Below the pieces are notes generated by a model, which had not been told where the DNA came from, did no database searches, and saw nothing but the letters and a program-made list of their open reading frames with translations. DNA of 64,000 nt, taken from an uncultured Planctomycetota bacterium (GTDB lineage: Bacteria; Planctomycetota; Planctomycetia; Isosphaerales; Isosphaeraceae). Every line of letters starts with the position of its first letter. Positions within the stretch are counted from its first letter, which is position 1. A program made the position numbers and the translations under genes. This document shows positions 1 to 9,634 of this stretch, piece by piece. Location: assembly GCA_963823665.1 (NCBI GenBank), contig CAWGMQ010000004.1:2560001-2624000 (forward strand), read 5' to 3'.

Positions 1-156
1 GGCACCAATCGAGGCGCGCGCCGAGTCGCCGAGCTCGGCTGAACGGCGCTCGAGGCGGGCGACTTCGCCCCCGAATCCCATGGTGCGCAGTGCGAAGGAA
101 TAGCGGGAGCAGGTGTAAACCGCCGCGCCGATCAACGCGGCCAGCAGGAAGGTCAT
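1..156 (-). CDS. 5' part of a membrane protein, probably TadB-like pilus platform protein (runs off the window)
   Basis: ATG at 156 overlaps the CpaF stop (TGATG). The frame reads MTFLLAALIGAAVYTCSRYSFAL... and is open to the edge. tadB usually follows tadA. Confidence 0.45.
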   Translation of the reverse strand, partial: MTFLLAALIGAAVYTCSRYSFALRTMGFGGEVARLERRSAELGDSARASIGA

Positions 157-1957
157 CACGCAACTCCTTTGAAAAGATCCTGGGGAGTCAAGCCGCCGGC
201 ATTCTGGAGGCGCTGAAAATGACGAGAGACGAAGCCGGTCGGCCTGAGTCTCTGTTCGATGGGATCGAAACCGAACAGGGTCTTGATCGCGACCGAGCCG
301 GAGAGATCGAAGCCGCTGACCTCGCTGATCGAGGAGACGAGCCGTTTGCCCGACGCGGTGCGAGAGAGCTGCACGACGAGGTGGACCGCGGATTCGATCT
401 GATGGCGCACGGAGTGCGCGGGGATGTCGGCCCCGGCTTCCATGGCAAGGAATTCAAGGCGTGTGATGGCATCGCGGGGGGTGTTGGCGTGGATGGTGGT
501 CATTGAGCCTTCGTGGCCGGTGTTCATTGCCTTGAGCATGTCGAGCGCCTCGTCGCCGCGGCATTCGCCGACGACGATGCGATCGGGCCGCATGCGAAGG
601 GCGTTGCGCACGAGGTCGCGAATCGAGATCTTGCCTGCGCCTTCGGCGTTCGCCGACCGGGCCTCGAGCCGCACGACGTGTGTGGCGCCCAGGTGCAGTT
701 CGGCGGTATCCTCGATGGTGATCACGCGGTCCCCGGCGGGAATGGAATCGGACAAGGCGTTGATGAGGGTTGTCTTACCGGTTCCGGTGCCGCCGGAGAC
801 GATGCAGTTCAACCGGACGCGCACGGCGGCGGCCAGAAAACGGGCGGCGCCAGAAGGCATCGCGCCGCGGGCGACCAAGTCATCCAGGGTGAGGCGGATG
901 GCGGGAAACTTGCGGATGGTGACCGCGGCACCGCCGACGGCAACCGGCTCCAATGCAACGTGAGCACGCGAACCGTCGACCAAGCGCACGTCGACGAGCG
1001 GGCATGCGGGGTCAACGCGGCGATCGGCGCGTGAGACGATTCGGACGATTACGTTCGCGAGCGAGGCGTTCGTCGGAAATGACCGGCCGGTGAAGAACAG
1101 GCGTCCGTCGCGCTCGACGTAGATCGCGCGGGGAGGGACGACCATGACCTCAGAGAGGAGCGGCGAATTGAGCAGATCCTCGAGAGGACCGTCGCCGAAG
1201 ACCATGTCCTTGATGGCCTTGGCGATGAAGCGGGACGCGAGGTAGTCGACGTCGGGCGGGTCAAGGCGGCGGCCTGGCCACCACGAGTCGAACTGTGCGT
1301 GGAGGGTGGCGAGGCGATCGGCGGCATCATTGCCGGAGGAAAGATCGAGAGCGGCGTCGGTGATCTGGGAATAGAGGGCTTCGCGGGGGGGGACGGGTAC
1401 GGCCGGCCGGCGCCAGGCAGGCCCATGTGATTCGGTACCAAGCAGCCGATCCTCGGCGGCGCTTTTGACCGCACGGCCCGCGAGATGGCGGCGCAATTCG
1501 GGCAGTAGCCAGAGGGGCGATCGCCGGGCGGCGTGGAGCGCGCTCTCTTCGACAGCGGCGACATCCGCCGGGCGAGGGTTCTTGAAATCGACGTTACCAA
1601 GGGAGGCCACGGTTTCATGGTGAATGGGGCCGAGGGCGGAGTCGACGTCGGCGTCGAGATCGTGCGCAGGCTGACCGGAGGCGATGAGCTGAAACTGGTA
1701 CGGTTGTGCCCGCGCGGGACGATTTCACCGATCGAGATCGTGCGCCGTTCTGAGCGCTCGCCGTCCCAGATGGTGATCTGAAACGGCCCGGCGGATGACA
1801 GCGGCTCGAAGTCGATGGCGCGGGCGAGGACAAGCGGGTGCTGGACGCGAGCCTGGCAGCCGGGGCCTGAGCCGAGCGTGAACGGCCGGTCGAGGGGAAG
1901 GCCTTCGATGGCCAGGACGTCGCCGTGTGAAAGCGTGAGCAACAGGGTGAGGGTCAT
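156..1957 (-). CDS. cpaF: Tad/CpaF pilus ATPase with a probable N-terminal FHA-like domain (frameshift near 1715)
   Basis: ORF 156..1610 has GGTGTGKTT, TIEDTAEL, LRMRPDRIVVGECRG and GHEGSMTTIHAN, and its frame stays open to 1724. The start of ORF 1049..1957 (PFTLGSGPGCQARVQHPLV...ISIGEIV) looks FHA-like and is coupled to the cpaB stop. Confidence 0.85.
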
Positions 1958-2775
1958 CGATCGGGCTCCGGCTGCGGGCTGGGGTCATCCTCCGAGCGGT
2001 GTACGATCAGCGAGCGCAAGTGGGGGCCGCCGCTGTTGCGGGCGGTTGCCCGGCGCAAGAGCGCGAGGTTTTCATCGGAGGAGCTCGCCGGGACAGCAAC
2101 CATCACGTGATCGCCGTAGCCGTCGGGTGAGACGGCCGCGATGCGGAGCGGACCGACCCTCGCCACCGTGGCGGCAAGCTTATCCTCGCGCGAAGCCGGC
2201 TCGTGCCGCGCGATTTCAAATGTGACGCTCGAGCCGACTCGCAGCCACTTCATGTTGTGAGCCACCGAGTCGAGACTGACCACGACGCCGTCTTCGCCCG
2301 GGCGCAACGGATTGGTTTCGAATCGGATATCGGACCAAAGGACGAGCGCGCTTGCGGGAAGCGCGCGATCGAGCGTCTTGCCCACGAGATCGTCGGCATC
2401 GCGCCAAGCCACGACGGATTCGGTGGTGCGGTCGCTCACGTCGGCGAGCTCGAAGCGGCTCAAGTCGGCCCGGCTCAGCATGTAGCCCGCCGGGCGCGCC
2501 GAGGAGATACGAACGACGGAGACCGAGCGCGGAACGGCGCTTGTCATCCACTGCCACGAGGCGAAGCTCGCGGCGAAGGCAAGGCCGAGAGCCGGCCATA
2601 ATCCCGCGCGCTCGGGGCTCAAGGCCGTTTTGACCCGGGACGCAAGATTCACAGGCATCGATGCGTTTGCAGTTTTGATCATCGCACTCAAGTCTCCCAT
2701 TCTCTTACGTGAAGCAGGGTTTGTATTTTCGCGCGAGGTGAGCTTGCTGGCGGTGTCGTGCACGGAGAAGGGCAT
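1954..2775 (-). CDS. CpaB/RcpC-like SAF-domain Flp pilus assembly protein
   Basis: TM segment, then SAF-like VVRISSARPAGYMLSRADL...LVGKTLDRALPASALVLWSDI; Tad context. Confidence 0.7.
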   Translation of the reverse strand: MPFSVHDTASKLTSRENTNPASRKRMGDLSAMIKTANASMPVNLASRVKTALSPERAGLWPALGLAFAASFASWQWMTSAVPRSVSVVRISSARPAGYMLSRADLSRFELADVSDRTTESVVAWRDADDLVGKTLDRALPASALVLWSDIRFETNPLRPGEDGVVVSLDSVAHNMKWLRVGSSVTFEIARHEPASREDKLAATVARVGPLRIAAVSPDGYGDHVMVAVPASSSDENLALLRRATARNSGGPHLRSLIVHRSEDDPSPQPEPDR

Positions 2776-2788
2776 GCCGGCAGAGCGG

Positions 2789-3235
2789 CTAGGGCCCGCT
2801 GAAGACGTGACGGAGCACCGGCTCGATCAGCTCGCGCGACGGATGAAAAACGGGATGAGACTCAGATAAATGCAGGTCGCGGTCGTCCCAGACGCCGGCG
2901 CCGGGCACGGCATGGCGCGACTCGGCGAAACGTTGCGGGCCGGTGATCGGTGGCAGGCCCGGGACGGGGAGGCGCGCGGTCCTTCGAACGAGGTCGGCCG
3001 CCACGGAGAGGCGGCCGGGGTTAAGGGGCGATCTTGAGTGTTCTAGATCGCGGTCTTCCCACGCCTGGCGGTGCGCCTGCATGGCCGCGGCGATCGCAGC
3101 ATTGCCGGCGTAACCCACCGCGAAGGTGAGCGCGACGACCGAAAGCAGCAAGGGGATACCGATCAGGAGCTCGATCGCGGCGGCGCCTCGCCGGGATGAC
3201 GCTGATTGCAGCATGCAAGAGCGGGCCATCGTCAA
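2789..3235 (-). CDS. TadE-like pseudopilin
   Basis: RRG|AAAIELLIGIPLLL prepilin cleavage motif with E+5 and a hydrophobic helix. Confidence 0.75.
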   Translation of the reverse strand: MTMARSCMLQSASSRRGAAAIELLIGIPLLLSVVALTFAVGYAGNAAIAAAMQAHRQAWEDRDLEHSRSPLNPGRLSVAADLVRRTARLPVPGLPPITGPQRFAESRHAVPGAGVWDDRDLHLSESHPVFHPSRELIEPVLRHVFSGP

Positions 3236-4764
3236 TGACTCCAGTACTTAGCGTCAACGGGCAGCTTGCGGAAGAGTTCACGCACTTCTGGGGGAAGGTG
3301 TCCGGCGTGAAGGATCTCGGGCACACGCGAGGCCGGAACGATGGTCGCGTTCCAACCGGGGCGCATTGTGGGTGGGTCGAGGCCCAGGTCAGAGCCGAAC
3401 TCGGCGGTTGGCCCGGACCAGTTGAGCGTATCGAACCCGACGACGGGCTGGCGGCCGAAACCACCGGTTGAATGAGGGTTCGCGTTATAGACCATTGCCT
3501 GCGCGAGGGCGACGACCGGCCGCCGCGGGCCGAAGAGAGCCGGCGACGAATACCGCGGCGCGGGGCCGGAGGCGATGGCGATCAGGCCGAAAAGCATGTC
3601 GGCGCGCCGGGAGCCGACGGGAGTCGTCCAGAACTCCGATCCTTTCCAGCCGGGCGCCGACTCGCGAAGAACGTAGAGACCTTGTCCGGAGCGCAGGGAC
3701 TCGTCAGCGCGGGAGAGCAAGAGTGCGTTCGACCAACCCTTGTAGCGGCCGGCGGCGCCGGAGAGGGTGGCGCTTAACATGAGCATGGTGTGGACCGGCC
3801 GGCGCCACGAGTCGACCCAGGGATAGGCCGCACGGGTGTACTGCTTGGTACGGACAGGCCGGAGGTCAGCGTCGGGGATCAGATCGGCGCTGGGATTGGC
3901 GAACGTCCCGGGCGAGCCCGGGTAGGTTCCGGCGCTGCCGCGCTCGGGAAACTCGCGCACAACAGGCAGGCGCGGATGTTCGGGCACGATGGTGGCGACC
4001 CAGCCGTTTGCCGATGCGGTGTCGCGTGCGGCGGCGACGGCTGCCGGCCCCGCGGCATGGACAAGGCGTTCGGCGTGCAGGGCCACCACGGGCAAGAGCG
4101 CGCGATAGCCTTCGACGACGGTCGCATGTGCAACCGCAGCGGCTTCCCAGACGTCGAGCGCGTAGGATTCTTGCACGACCTTGTAAGCGATGCCGTATGC
4201 GATCGCGTACAATACCGGCGCGTAGGCGGAAAAGAAGACGCTGGCCGCCGCGGCCTTTCCCAGGGACATGTAGCCGTGCGCGACCAAGCCCCATTCGCGC
4301 AGGGCGACCCGGGCGTCATAGATGGTGGCGCCAGCGCGCACGGGCTCGGTGAGCTTGTTGGTCATGAACGACAGCTCGTAATTGAACGCTCCGGTGGTCC
4401 GGAGCGCGATCTCGAGTGAAGTCAGCAGCCAGGTGTCGACGCGCTCGCGGCGGGCGATATTGGGGCCGCCAACCGCATCGTGAAGCGCGATGAGCGCGGC
4501 GAGCTGCCCGCTCGCGTGGTTGTCGCCAACGATCCCGTTCAGAGCGCGTGTTTCTGTCTGGGCGGCGGCGATGGCCGCCGCATCGGCGGCGTTCTGCGCT
4601 TCAACCTTGGCACGGGACGAGCGGTGCACGTTGATTGCGGCGGCGAGCAGCGCAACGAGCACGATCACGACCATTCCATGAAGGGGCGCGATGGCGCCGG
4701 ATTCGTCACGGAGAAGCGTGCGTCTCGATCGGGCACACAACAGCATATTAGAATCGTGGAACAT
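3232..4764 (-). CDS. TadG-like pilus-associated protein
   Basis: RDESG|AIAPL...TM...AQNAADAAAIAAA, the TadG N-terminal signature. Likely start MFHDSN at 4764 inside ORF 3232..5187. Confidence 0.75.
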   Translation of the reverse strand: MFHDSNMLLCARSRRTLLRDESGAIAPLHGMVVIVLVALLAAAINVHRSSRAKVEAQNAADAAAIAAAQTETRALNGIVGDNHASGQLAALIALHDAVGGPNIARRERVDTWLLTSLEIALRTTGAFNYELSFMTNKLTEPVRAGATIYDARVALREWGLVAHGYMSLGKAAAASVFFSAYAPVLYAIAYGIAYKVVQESYALDVWEAAAVAHATVVEGYRALLPVVALHAERLVHAAGPAAVAAARDTASANGWVATIVPEHPRLPVVREFPERGSAGTYPGSPGTFANPSADLIPDADLRPVRTKQYTRAAYPWVDSWRRPVHTMLMLSATLSGAAGRYKGWSNALLLSRADESLRSGQGLYVLRESAPGWKGSEFWTTPVGSRRADMLFGLIAIASGPAPRYSSPALFGPRRPVVALAQAMVYNANPHSTGGFGRQPVVGFDTLNWSGPTAEFGSDLGLDPPTMRPGWNATIVPASRVPEILHAGHLPPEVRELFRKLPVDAKYWSH

Positions 4765-5422
4765 AATTGATTCCCAGGCCATGTTCGGGGAGGGCTGTCG
4801 GCACGGTTGCTTCGGCGTGGATTTCGTAGACCCACGGGTTGGGCGCCCAGGAGGCGCGGTGGCCGATTGCCCTACCCAGGAGTGCGATGCGGACGGGATA
4901 CCGGAAGGTGACGGCCGCATGGGTGCCGCGACCGGCGCGGTGGGTGGCGACGGAGGTGGCGGACCTTGCATAGTCGGTACGTGCGGCGATGTAGCGCGGC
5001 GGATATGGCCAGGCAGCCGCCAGGTCAGATGCGGACTGCTGGGCGGCAGCGCTCGAGGGACCGGCGTGATGCGCGGAGTCTGCGCTCGAGAACGGGACCA
5101 GAGCCAGCACGGCGGCGCGCTCGGCAGCCCGGTGGGCCAGGAGCGGCGTGGCGGCGTTCCAGGCGCCGGCGGAACGTGCAGCGGCAAAGGCCGCGTAGGA
5201 CGTGCCGCATTTCGCCAGAATCACCAGGCTCGACTCGATGAAAATGGCGATGAGAAGCATATAGAGAGGCAGCGCCATGGTGAATTCGATGGCGGCTGTG
5301 CCTTGCTCATCGTGGCGCAGCGCACGCCAGCGAGCCGTTCTGGCGAACAGGCCCCGCGCTTGCCGGACCACCCAGGCGCCCGAGCCGACCCAAGCTGCCA
5401 GCCAGAAGCTTACCGCAACCAT
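4748..5422 (-). CDS. TadE-like pseudopilin
   Basis: DEQG|TAAIEFTMALPLYMLL...AAFAAARSA. Confidence 0.8.
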   Translation of the reverse strand: MVAVSFWLAAWVGSGAWVVRQARGLFARTARWRALRHDEQGTAAIEFTMALPLYMLLIAIFIESSLVILAKCGTSYAAFAAARSAGAWNAATPLLAHRAAERAAVLALVPFSSADSAHHAGPSSAAAQQSASDLAAAWPYPPRYIAARTDYARSATSVATHRAGRGTHAAVTFRYPVRIALLGRAIGHRASWAPNPWVYEIHAEATVPTALPEHGLGINYVPRF

Positions 5423-5499
5423 GGTTTCCTCGCGGTGATGATGCAGCCGTTGGTTCCGACTGACGCCGAACGTACGCGGGCCGCGCCCGAAGACGGCTT

Positions 5500-5679
5500 T
5501 CAGAGAAGCGGGCTGGTCGTGGCCTCGATGATAAATCGCTCGACGACCGAAAGGGCTTTCAATGCCAGCGCGATCAAACCGGCGGCGAGCGGGAGGACTG
5601 CGCCGAGCAACATGACTTGTTCGAAGGCGACGGCACCGCGCCGCCGCGGCTTACCACTGGGCCGCATTCGATACTCCAT
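5500..5679 (-). CDS. Small Flp-like pilin 2
   Basis: C-terminal 59 aa of ORF 5500..6084: RRRG|AVAFEQVMLLGAVLPLAAGLIALAL. Confidence 0.6.
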   Translation of the reverse strand: MEYRMRPSGKPRRRGAVAFEQVMLLGAVLPLAAGLIALALKALSVVERFIIEATTSPLL

Positions 5680-6343
5680 CAACGAAGATCGACACGAGTG
5701 TTCCAAGCGCCAGGAAAGGCCCGAGCGGAATGGCGGTACGAGGCGCCGGCGCATCTGCGCTTGTGCTTCGGTCGAGTTGTGGCGCGGCGAGCGGGACGGT
5801 TCCTGGTTGGCGATACATTGAAACCGCGAGCCTGCCGTAGCGCAGTGCGAGCGTGAACACGCCGGCGGCGAGCAGGCTCCAGAGCAAGGCATTGACCCCG
5901 GCCCACGGGCCGAGCAGGCCGCCGATGGCGGTTGCCAGCTTGACGTCGCCGCCGCCGCATGCCTTGAGCTCGTACATGAGCACGAATGCAAAAAAGGCCA
6001 GCGCGGAGCCGAAAAGCCAGCCGGTGAAGCCGACCGCGCCGAGAGCATGACGCACTTCGGGGGGCGAAACGGCACACATGGCATTGGTAAGCGCGCCGAA
6101 GGCGACAGCCGGAAGCGTGACCTGATTGAGTATCACGAAGCGCCTGAGATCGCTTTCAGCCGAGATGCCCAGCACGCAAAGGAGGACGAAGCCCGTCGTG
6201 GTCGGCAGCGGCGCGGGCATTCCTGCCCACGCCGCCGCGGCGAACCAGCAGGGCGCTATCGCCAGCAACAAGACTGCCGCGGCCCAGCCGCCTGGCAGCC
6301 CGGACGCGTCTGTAGAAGCCGAGCGTTCGCCGTTATTCGACAT
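5651..6343 (-). CDS. Prepilin peptidase, A24 family (CpaA/TadV)
   Basis: SDLRRFVILN and GGGDVKL aspartate motifs, multiple TM segments, directly after the pilin. Confidence 0.85.
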   Translation of the reverse strand: MSNNGERSASTDASGLPGGWAAAVLLLAIAPCWFAAAAWAGMPAPLPTTTGFVLLCVLGISAESDLRRFVILNQVTLPAVAFGALTNAMCAVSPPEVRHALGAVGFTGWLFGSALAFFAFVLMYELKACGGGDVKLATAIGGLLGPWAGVNALLWSLLAAGVFTLALRYGRLAVSMYRQPGTVPLAAPQLDRSTSADAPAPRTAIPLGPFLALGTLVSIFVDGVSNAAQW

Positions 6344-6350
6344 GACAGCC

Positions 6351-6542
6351 TCAGTAAGGTTTCCAGTGGATCAGGACGTCGATTCCGTCGATGACGTACT
6401 TCTGGATCTTTGGAAAAGCGACCGTGACGGCGAACCCCATCACGGCCGCGGCGATGCCGAGCCATGCGATTTGCTCGAACGCCACGCCGCGCTCGTCGGC
6501 ATGCAGTCGTTTCAGCCAGGTCAAGAAATTGGTTGTGCGCAT
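6351..6542 (-). CDS. Flp-like major pilin
   Basis: 63 aa MRTTNFLTWLKRLHADERG|VAFEQIAWLGIAAAVMGFAV, with a GAGG RBS upstream. Confidence 0.7.
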   Translation of the reverse strand: MRTTNFLTWLKRLHADERGVAFEQIAWLGIAAAVMGFAVTVAFPKIQKYVIDGIDVLIHWKPY

Positions 6543-6782
6543 CGATTTTCCTCGATTCTTGCTCATGTTGAAGAAAGTGAATGAACCGGTCAGGAACGCG
6601 ACAGAGCCGAAGCCGTTCGCCCCGACAAGCTCCTGAACGTTGCGCGTGGTTTTTTGTTTCACCGCGGCGTCCGAGAGTGGGCAAATTGGCCGTGCGGGCT
6701 TGCAGGAACAGCGGGCGCGGCGCGAGCTGGAAAACGGACGAGCGTGCGCCGAACCCGCGATCGTCTTGCTCGAGCGCCTGGA

Positions 6783-9467
6783 TCAGTAGCCCCCGCGCTG
6801 CAAGTCGCCTGCGATCGACTTGCCGCCGGCGACGCGGACGGAGAGACAGGTGCAGGCAGCCAGGACGATGGCCGACCAAGCGAACACAGCGATGATGCCG
6901 GCGAGCGGCTGGCCCTGGCATGATGCAAAGACCTTGGCGGCGGCGGCCCCGGGGGCGGAGGGAGCGATCTGGCGTGCGACGAAGTTGTTACCGGCCCAGG
7001 CTGCGGCGCGAGCCAGCGCCAGGCCGAGGGCGCAGGCGGGAAGCACGAGAAGCGCAAGCTGGGCGAGGAAGAGGCGCCCGGCCGCGCGGGTGGGCATGCC
7101 GAGAACGCGCAACGAGGCAGTCTCGGCGGTCTTGGCGGCGGCGTGCAGGTAGGCCAGCATGCCGACGACGAACAGGAGCGCCATCACGAAGGCGCCCTCG
7201 AGCAGGATTCCGCCGCCGTCGACGATGAATCGCACGGCGCGGAACTGCTCGATCGCTTCGCGGTAGCGCACGTAGAAGCCGAGGTCAGGGCAGATCTGGC
7301 GCGCCACTCCCTCGGCCGGTAGCACGTCGCCCAGGTTGTGGAAGACCAATTCGGCTCGGGTGTATTCGCCTGGTGGCAGCGGCGGCAGGACGGGGGCCAG
7401 CGCCGAGCTGGGAACGGTCTGAAACGCGAGCAGCTCGCCATCGCCGGCGTGGATTTTCTTCATTTCGGTGACGAGATCGGCGAGCACGGCGCGTGCCATT
7501 GATTCAGTCATGAGGTGATCGGCTCGATTGGCGGGATCAAGCTTCAGAACGAGCTCCGAGCCGTCTTCAAATGTGCGCACGGGAGCGAACGGCGCGCTGG
7601 CGAGCCGGGGGATGCGGTTGTCTTTCAGCCACTCCGACGTCGCGCCGGGGATTGTGGCGCGGATTTCGGTGACAATGGGCACGTCGTCGGCCAAGGGGAT
7701 GCCGCCCTGCCCGCGCAAGACAAATCCCCAGCCGGTTTGCCATGAGGTAAGGCGCCTGAGGAAGCCGTCACTGGCCAGGAGCTTGTTCGGGTCGTCCTTC
7801 CAATCGCTGCGCAGGACGGAGTCAGGAAAGTCGACGACGACGGCCGGGACGCTAACAATTCCGCGCCAGCCTTTCATGCGAGGATCATCTTCCTGCACGG
7901 ATTCGGGGATGGGCACGCCGCCCAAGGATAGCTCGATCGAGGTTGGATACTTACCGTCCGGCTGGTCGGGGCCGATCCGCCAGTAGTACTTCCGCAGCCA
8001 GCGCAGGGGGACGAACAGCACCGGCTGGTCGACGGCGGCGGCAGGCTGGGGCGCCGGATTGGACGTGAGATAGATCATGCCGCGCGGCGCCTGCGCACGC
8101 TCACCGGGCGAAACGACGGCGAAGTGGGGATCACCGGGCTGGTACGAAACGAGCGTGGTTTTGCGGGTGCGGCCCGCGGCGTCGTGAAACTCGACGCTGG
8201 AACGTTCCATGATGAGGCTCAAGCTATCCAAGCCCGCGAGCTTGTGCTTGAGCTGATGGATTTCGTCCGGGGTGATCACTGGCCGCTCGCGGCCGGGGCG
8301 GCTGGCGAAGGCGTCGATACGATTGATCTGGGGATTGTGGGGCGGTGTTTTGCGATCGAGGTTGGCGCGTACGCCCTGAGCGAGGTCGCGAAGCGAAGCG
8401 AAGCATGCGACGGCAAGGGCGACGAGAGCGAGGACCGCCAAGCGGGCCGTGCGGCGTTCGGGCGCCATGTTCTCGCGGACGGCATAGCGGCAGATTGTGG
8501 CGAGCCTGGGGACAACGCGCCTGGGCAAGGCCCCGCCCGACGGGGGAGCCGGGGGCTCTTTTGCGAGCGGGATGGCGGTGCGGCCGTAGACGGAGAGCGC
8601 AGCGGCCAGATTGTCGGCGAGCGTGCGGACTTCGGCGCGCGAGCGCTCGCAGCCATTGACCGGGGGTAAGATCGGGCGCGGTGTGCCGTCGGGCCAGGGA
8701 TCGAGGCAGTTGGGGTCGTCGCGGTCCTGGAACGGAAATACCAGCGGTGCGGGGCCGTTGCCGCCCTGTGCGACGGTCAGCCAGAAGCGGTCGGCGACCG
8801 CCGCCGCGAGGTGAAGGTCATGGCAGGAGAAGATCACGAGCGCGCCCTGGCGTGCATAAGCGCGCGCCATTGCCAGGAGATCCGGGGCAGTGCGGGCATC
8901 GACCTGCGAGGTTGATTCGTCAAGAATGACGACGATGGGGCCGCCGTAGAGCGCACGCGCGAGCAACGCGCGCCCGACCTGGCCACCGCTCGAGACGCCG
9001 GGGTACTGATTGACGGCTTCTCGCAAGCCGACGCGCTCGAGGAGGAGGTCGACGCTGCCTGCGTCCCAGCCGCCGAGAGCCGTGCGGAGCGCGGCATTTT
9101 CGCGAAGCGTGAGGCTCGAGAGCAGCCCCGGAAGCTGCGGCCCGAAACCAATGTGGCGGTTGCGGAAGTCGCCGCAGAGCTTGGAGTCGCCGGCGAGTCC
9201 GTGCCCGCGCGCGCCGAATTCGTAAGGCTTGAGCTCATGCCCGTCGGGGACGAAGTAGCTGATCGTTCCATCGACGGGCGCGTGCATCGTGGCGAGCGTA
9301 TAAAGCAGCGTTGACTTACCGGTGGCATTGCCGCCGATCAACGCGATGATCTCTCCTGACCGACCGCTGATCGCGGGCACCTCCAGTCGAAAGCCCTGTG
9401 ACCCGAGGCCGACGATCAAGCCGTTGGTGGAAAGGACGGTTTCACCACACAATGGTTGCTTGCTCAT
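6783..9467 (-). CDS. MacB-like fused ABC ATPase / FtsX-type permease
   Basis: Walker A GGNATGKST, signature SSGGQ, Walker B VVILDES, H-loop SCHD. Then one TM, a large periplasmic region and three C-terminal TMs (ETASLRVLG). Confidence 0.8.
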   Translation of the reverse strand: MSKQPLCGETVLSTNGLIVGLGSQGFRLEVPAISGRSGEIIALIGGNATGKSTLLYTLATMHAPVDGTISYFVPDGHELKPYEFGARGHGLAGDSKLCGDFRNRHIGFGPQLPGLLSSLTLRENAALRTALGGWDAGSVDLLLERVGLREAVNQYPGVSSGGQVGRALLARALYGGPIVVILDESTSQVDARTAPDLLAMARAYARQGALVIFSCHDLHLAAAVADRFWLTVAQGGNGPAPLVFPFQDRDDPNCLDPWPDGTPRPILPPVNGCERSRAEVRTLADNLAAALSVYGRTAIPLAKEPPAPPSGGALPRRVVPRLATICRYAVRENMAPERRTARLAVLALVALAVACFASLRDLAQGVRANLDRKTPPHNPQINRIDAFASRPGRERPVITPDEIHQLKHKLAGLDSLSLIMERSSVEFHDAAGRTRKTTLVSYQPGDPHFAVVSPGERAQAPRGMIYLTSNPAPQPAAAVDQPVLFVPLRWLRKYYWRIGPDQPDGKYPTSIELSLGGVPIPESVQEDDPRMKGWRGIVSVPAVVVDFPDSVLRSDWKDDPNKLLASDGFLRRLTSWQTGWGFVLRGQGGIPLADDVPIVTEIRATIPGATSEWLKDNRIPRLASAPFAPVRTFEDGSELVLKLDPANRADHLMTESMARAVLADLVTEMKKIHAGDGELLAFQTVPSSALAPVLPPLPPGEYTRAELVFHNLGDVLPAEGVARQICPDLGFYVRYREAIEQFRAVRFIVDGGGILLEGAFVMALLFVVGMLAYLHAAAKTAETASLRVLGMPTRAAGRLFLAQLALLVLPACALGLALARAAAWAGNNFVARQIAPSAPGAAAAKVFASCQGQPLAGIIAVFAWSAIVLAACTCLSVRVAGGKSIAGDLQRGGY

Positions 9468-9634
9468 GTTGATTTCCTTTCATTCTGTTCAAGAAATGGG
9501 CCGGGAGCCCCTGCTCAGAAGCCCCCGGCGCCGTTATCGAGCTAGTACGGATCCACGATGGGATGAATTTCTCGAGTCCGCGGCGCTGCCGCGTGCGAGG
9601 GCACGTTGCGGCAGCAGCAGCGGAGGGTGAGAGG

